Below, one piece after another: positions 24,966 to 25,847 of a stretch of DNA of 25,847 nucleotides. The notes beneath the pieces are model-generated. The model did not search any database, was not told the DNA's origin, and worked only from the letters and a program-made list of their open reading frames with translations. The position numbers were made by a program, and so were the translations under genes. Each line of letters begins with the position of its first letter. Positions within the stretch are counted from its first letter, which is position 1. Source of the DNA: Minisyncoccota bacterium (GTDB taxonomy: Bacteria > Patescibacteriota > Minisyncoccia > Phycocordibacterales > PALSA-1337); the NCBI GenBank assembly GCA_041667005.1, contig JBAYFW010000001.1:1-25847 (forward strand), written 5' to 3'.

Positions 24966-25709
24966 TTACGGCCGCTCGATGACCGTGACACCTTTTTGCG
25001 AGACTACTTTGGAGGCGCATACATTGGCAAATTCGATAGATTTTTCAATCTCGCCTGTCTCGGCGTATTTGACCAGAAGAGCGGCAAAGAAACTATCGCC
25101 GGCGCCGGAGGTATCTTTGACTTCGACCTTATTCTTGACCGGATAATTCTTGCCGTTAAAATAGGCCCCCTCCTCCCCTTTGGTGTAAATCAATTTACCC
25201 ATCAGAGCACGCGGCATTGTGTCTTTGGAATGTTCGTATTCGTAATTGTTGATCTTGATGCACTTGGCCTTCAAAGCCCAGTTTCCCAAAATCTTTTTGG
25301 TGTCAATAAAAACATTCTTATTGTTCTTGCAAATATATTCTATATCTACTTCTTTCAAAAAACCCTTATTGTAATCCGAAATAGCCACGATATCGTAATC
25401 AGCAAGCGGGACTTTTTTTACATCAATCCGTTTGATGTTGTGATCCGTATCCACTCGGATAAACATATGATTGCTCTCCAAATGCATATATCTCGTTTTG
25501 GTGACATTTTCCCAACCTTTATTGGTAAACATCCGGCAGTGGGGGTATATGCTCAAAATATTCCTCTCGACATTCTTGGCCATGCCCGGATTTTCGGTTT
25601 GGTTCACAATGCTCAGAGCCGGAACGGGAATATCCGGGCAAAGCCTGTTGGCTTTGCAATAGACGAAAATATCGCGGCAGCTTTCGCCGATCAGGAGGAT
25701 TTTTTTCAT
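24966..25709 (-). CDS. PfkB-family kinase resembling RfaE/HldE domain I (HldA-like heptose-7-phosphate kinase)
   Basis: LLIGESCRD, RLCPDIPVP (cf. RISPEAPVP), G.AKNV, SDYNKG, DTSGAGDSF. Confidence 0.8.
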   Translation of the reverse strand: MKKILLIGESCRDIFVYCKANRLCPDIPVPALSIVNQTENPGMAKNVERNILSIYPHCRMFTNKGWENVTKTRYMHLESNHMFIRVDTDHNIKRIDVKKVPLADYDIVAISDYNKGFLKEVDIEYICKNNKNVFIDTKKILGNWALKAKCIKINNYEYEHSKDTMPRALMGKLIYTKGEEGAYFNGKNYPVKNKVEVKDTSGAGDSFFAALLVKYAETGEIEKSIEFANVCASKVVSQKGVTVIERP

Positions 25710-25847
25710 TTGATGATAAGCCCCGGCGAAAGATGCAACTCCTCAAAGCTTAATTTCTTTTTCATGAGAGGCTTCTTGAGCATACCTAGAATAGCATTGG
25801 CAACATCGATCTTGGTCGGATAATAAAACTCCGTCAAATTGGTCGAA
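25706..25847 (-). CDS. 3' end of a gene, possibly a TPP-dependent dehydrogenase E1-beta/transketolase C-terminal-like protein
   Basis: The open frame STNLTEFYYPTKIDVANAILGMLKKP...IIK* ends in an ATGA overlap with the kinase. The ..L...YYP...I..A pattern resembles E1-beta C-termini. Confidence 0.4.
   Translation of the reverse strand, partial: STNLTEFYYPTKIDVANAILGMLKKPLMKKKLSFEELHLSPGLIIK

Noticed and set aside
24996-25823. Long antisense ORFs (24996-25823, 10003-10626, 23451-23918 and others)
   Set aside because: They lie opposite genes with clear family motifs and show no recognisable motifs themselves.

Overview
The window looks like chromosomal DNA from a reduced-genome bacterium, most likely CPR/Patescibacteria (Parcubacteria-like). 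This is an inference from gene style, near-absence of Shine-Dalgarno motifs, and -10 boxes abutting start codons; TGA is used as a stop, so the code is standard code 11. From left to right it holds: (i) the 5' part of secA, missed by the ORF track because it runs off the edge, and murB; (ii) a structured 460-bp intergenic region; (iii) an O-antigen-ligase-like/TPR membrane protein; (iv) a seven-gene minus-strand cassette acpS-fkbH-acp-maoC-SDR-MBOAT-SGNH(DltD/AlgJ-like) that reads as a complete Dlt-like machine for putting a glycolysis-derived acyl group (lactyl or glyceryl) on a surface glycan; (v) an FkbM methyltransferase and a secreted phage-fibre-like protein; (vi) a plus-strand glycan cluster headed by an excisionase/BldC-like HTH gene (wzm, wzt, four more methyltransferases, an AsnB-like amidotransferase, three glycosyltransferases); (vii) a divergent EEP/EamA module; (viii) a cupin, an HldA-like kinase and the 3' end of another gene. 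The main candidates are the FkbH-ACP-MBOAT acylation system, two repeat-derived in-frame insertions in secA, and 10-bp-phased repeats over the HTH promoter. No rRNA, tRNA, CRISPR array, integrase or transposase was seen. All family assignments come from motif recognition by eye; no searches were run.
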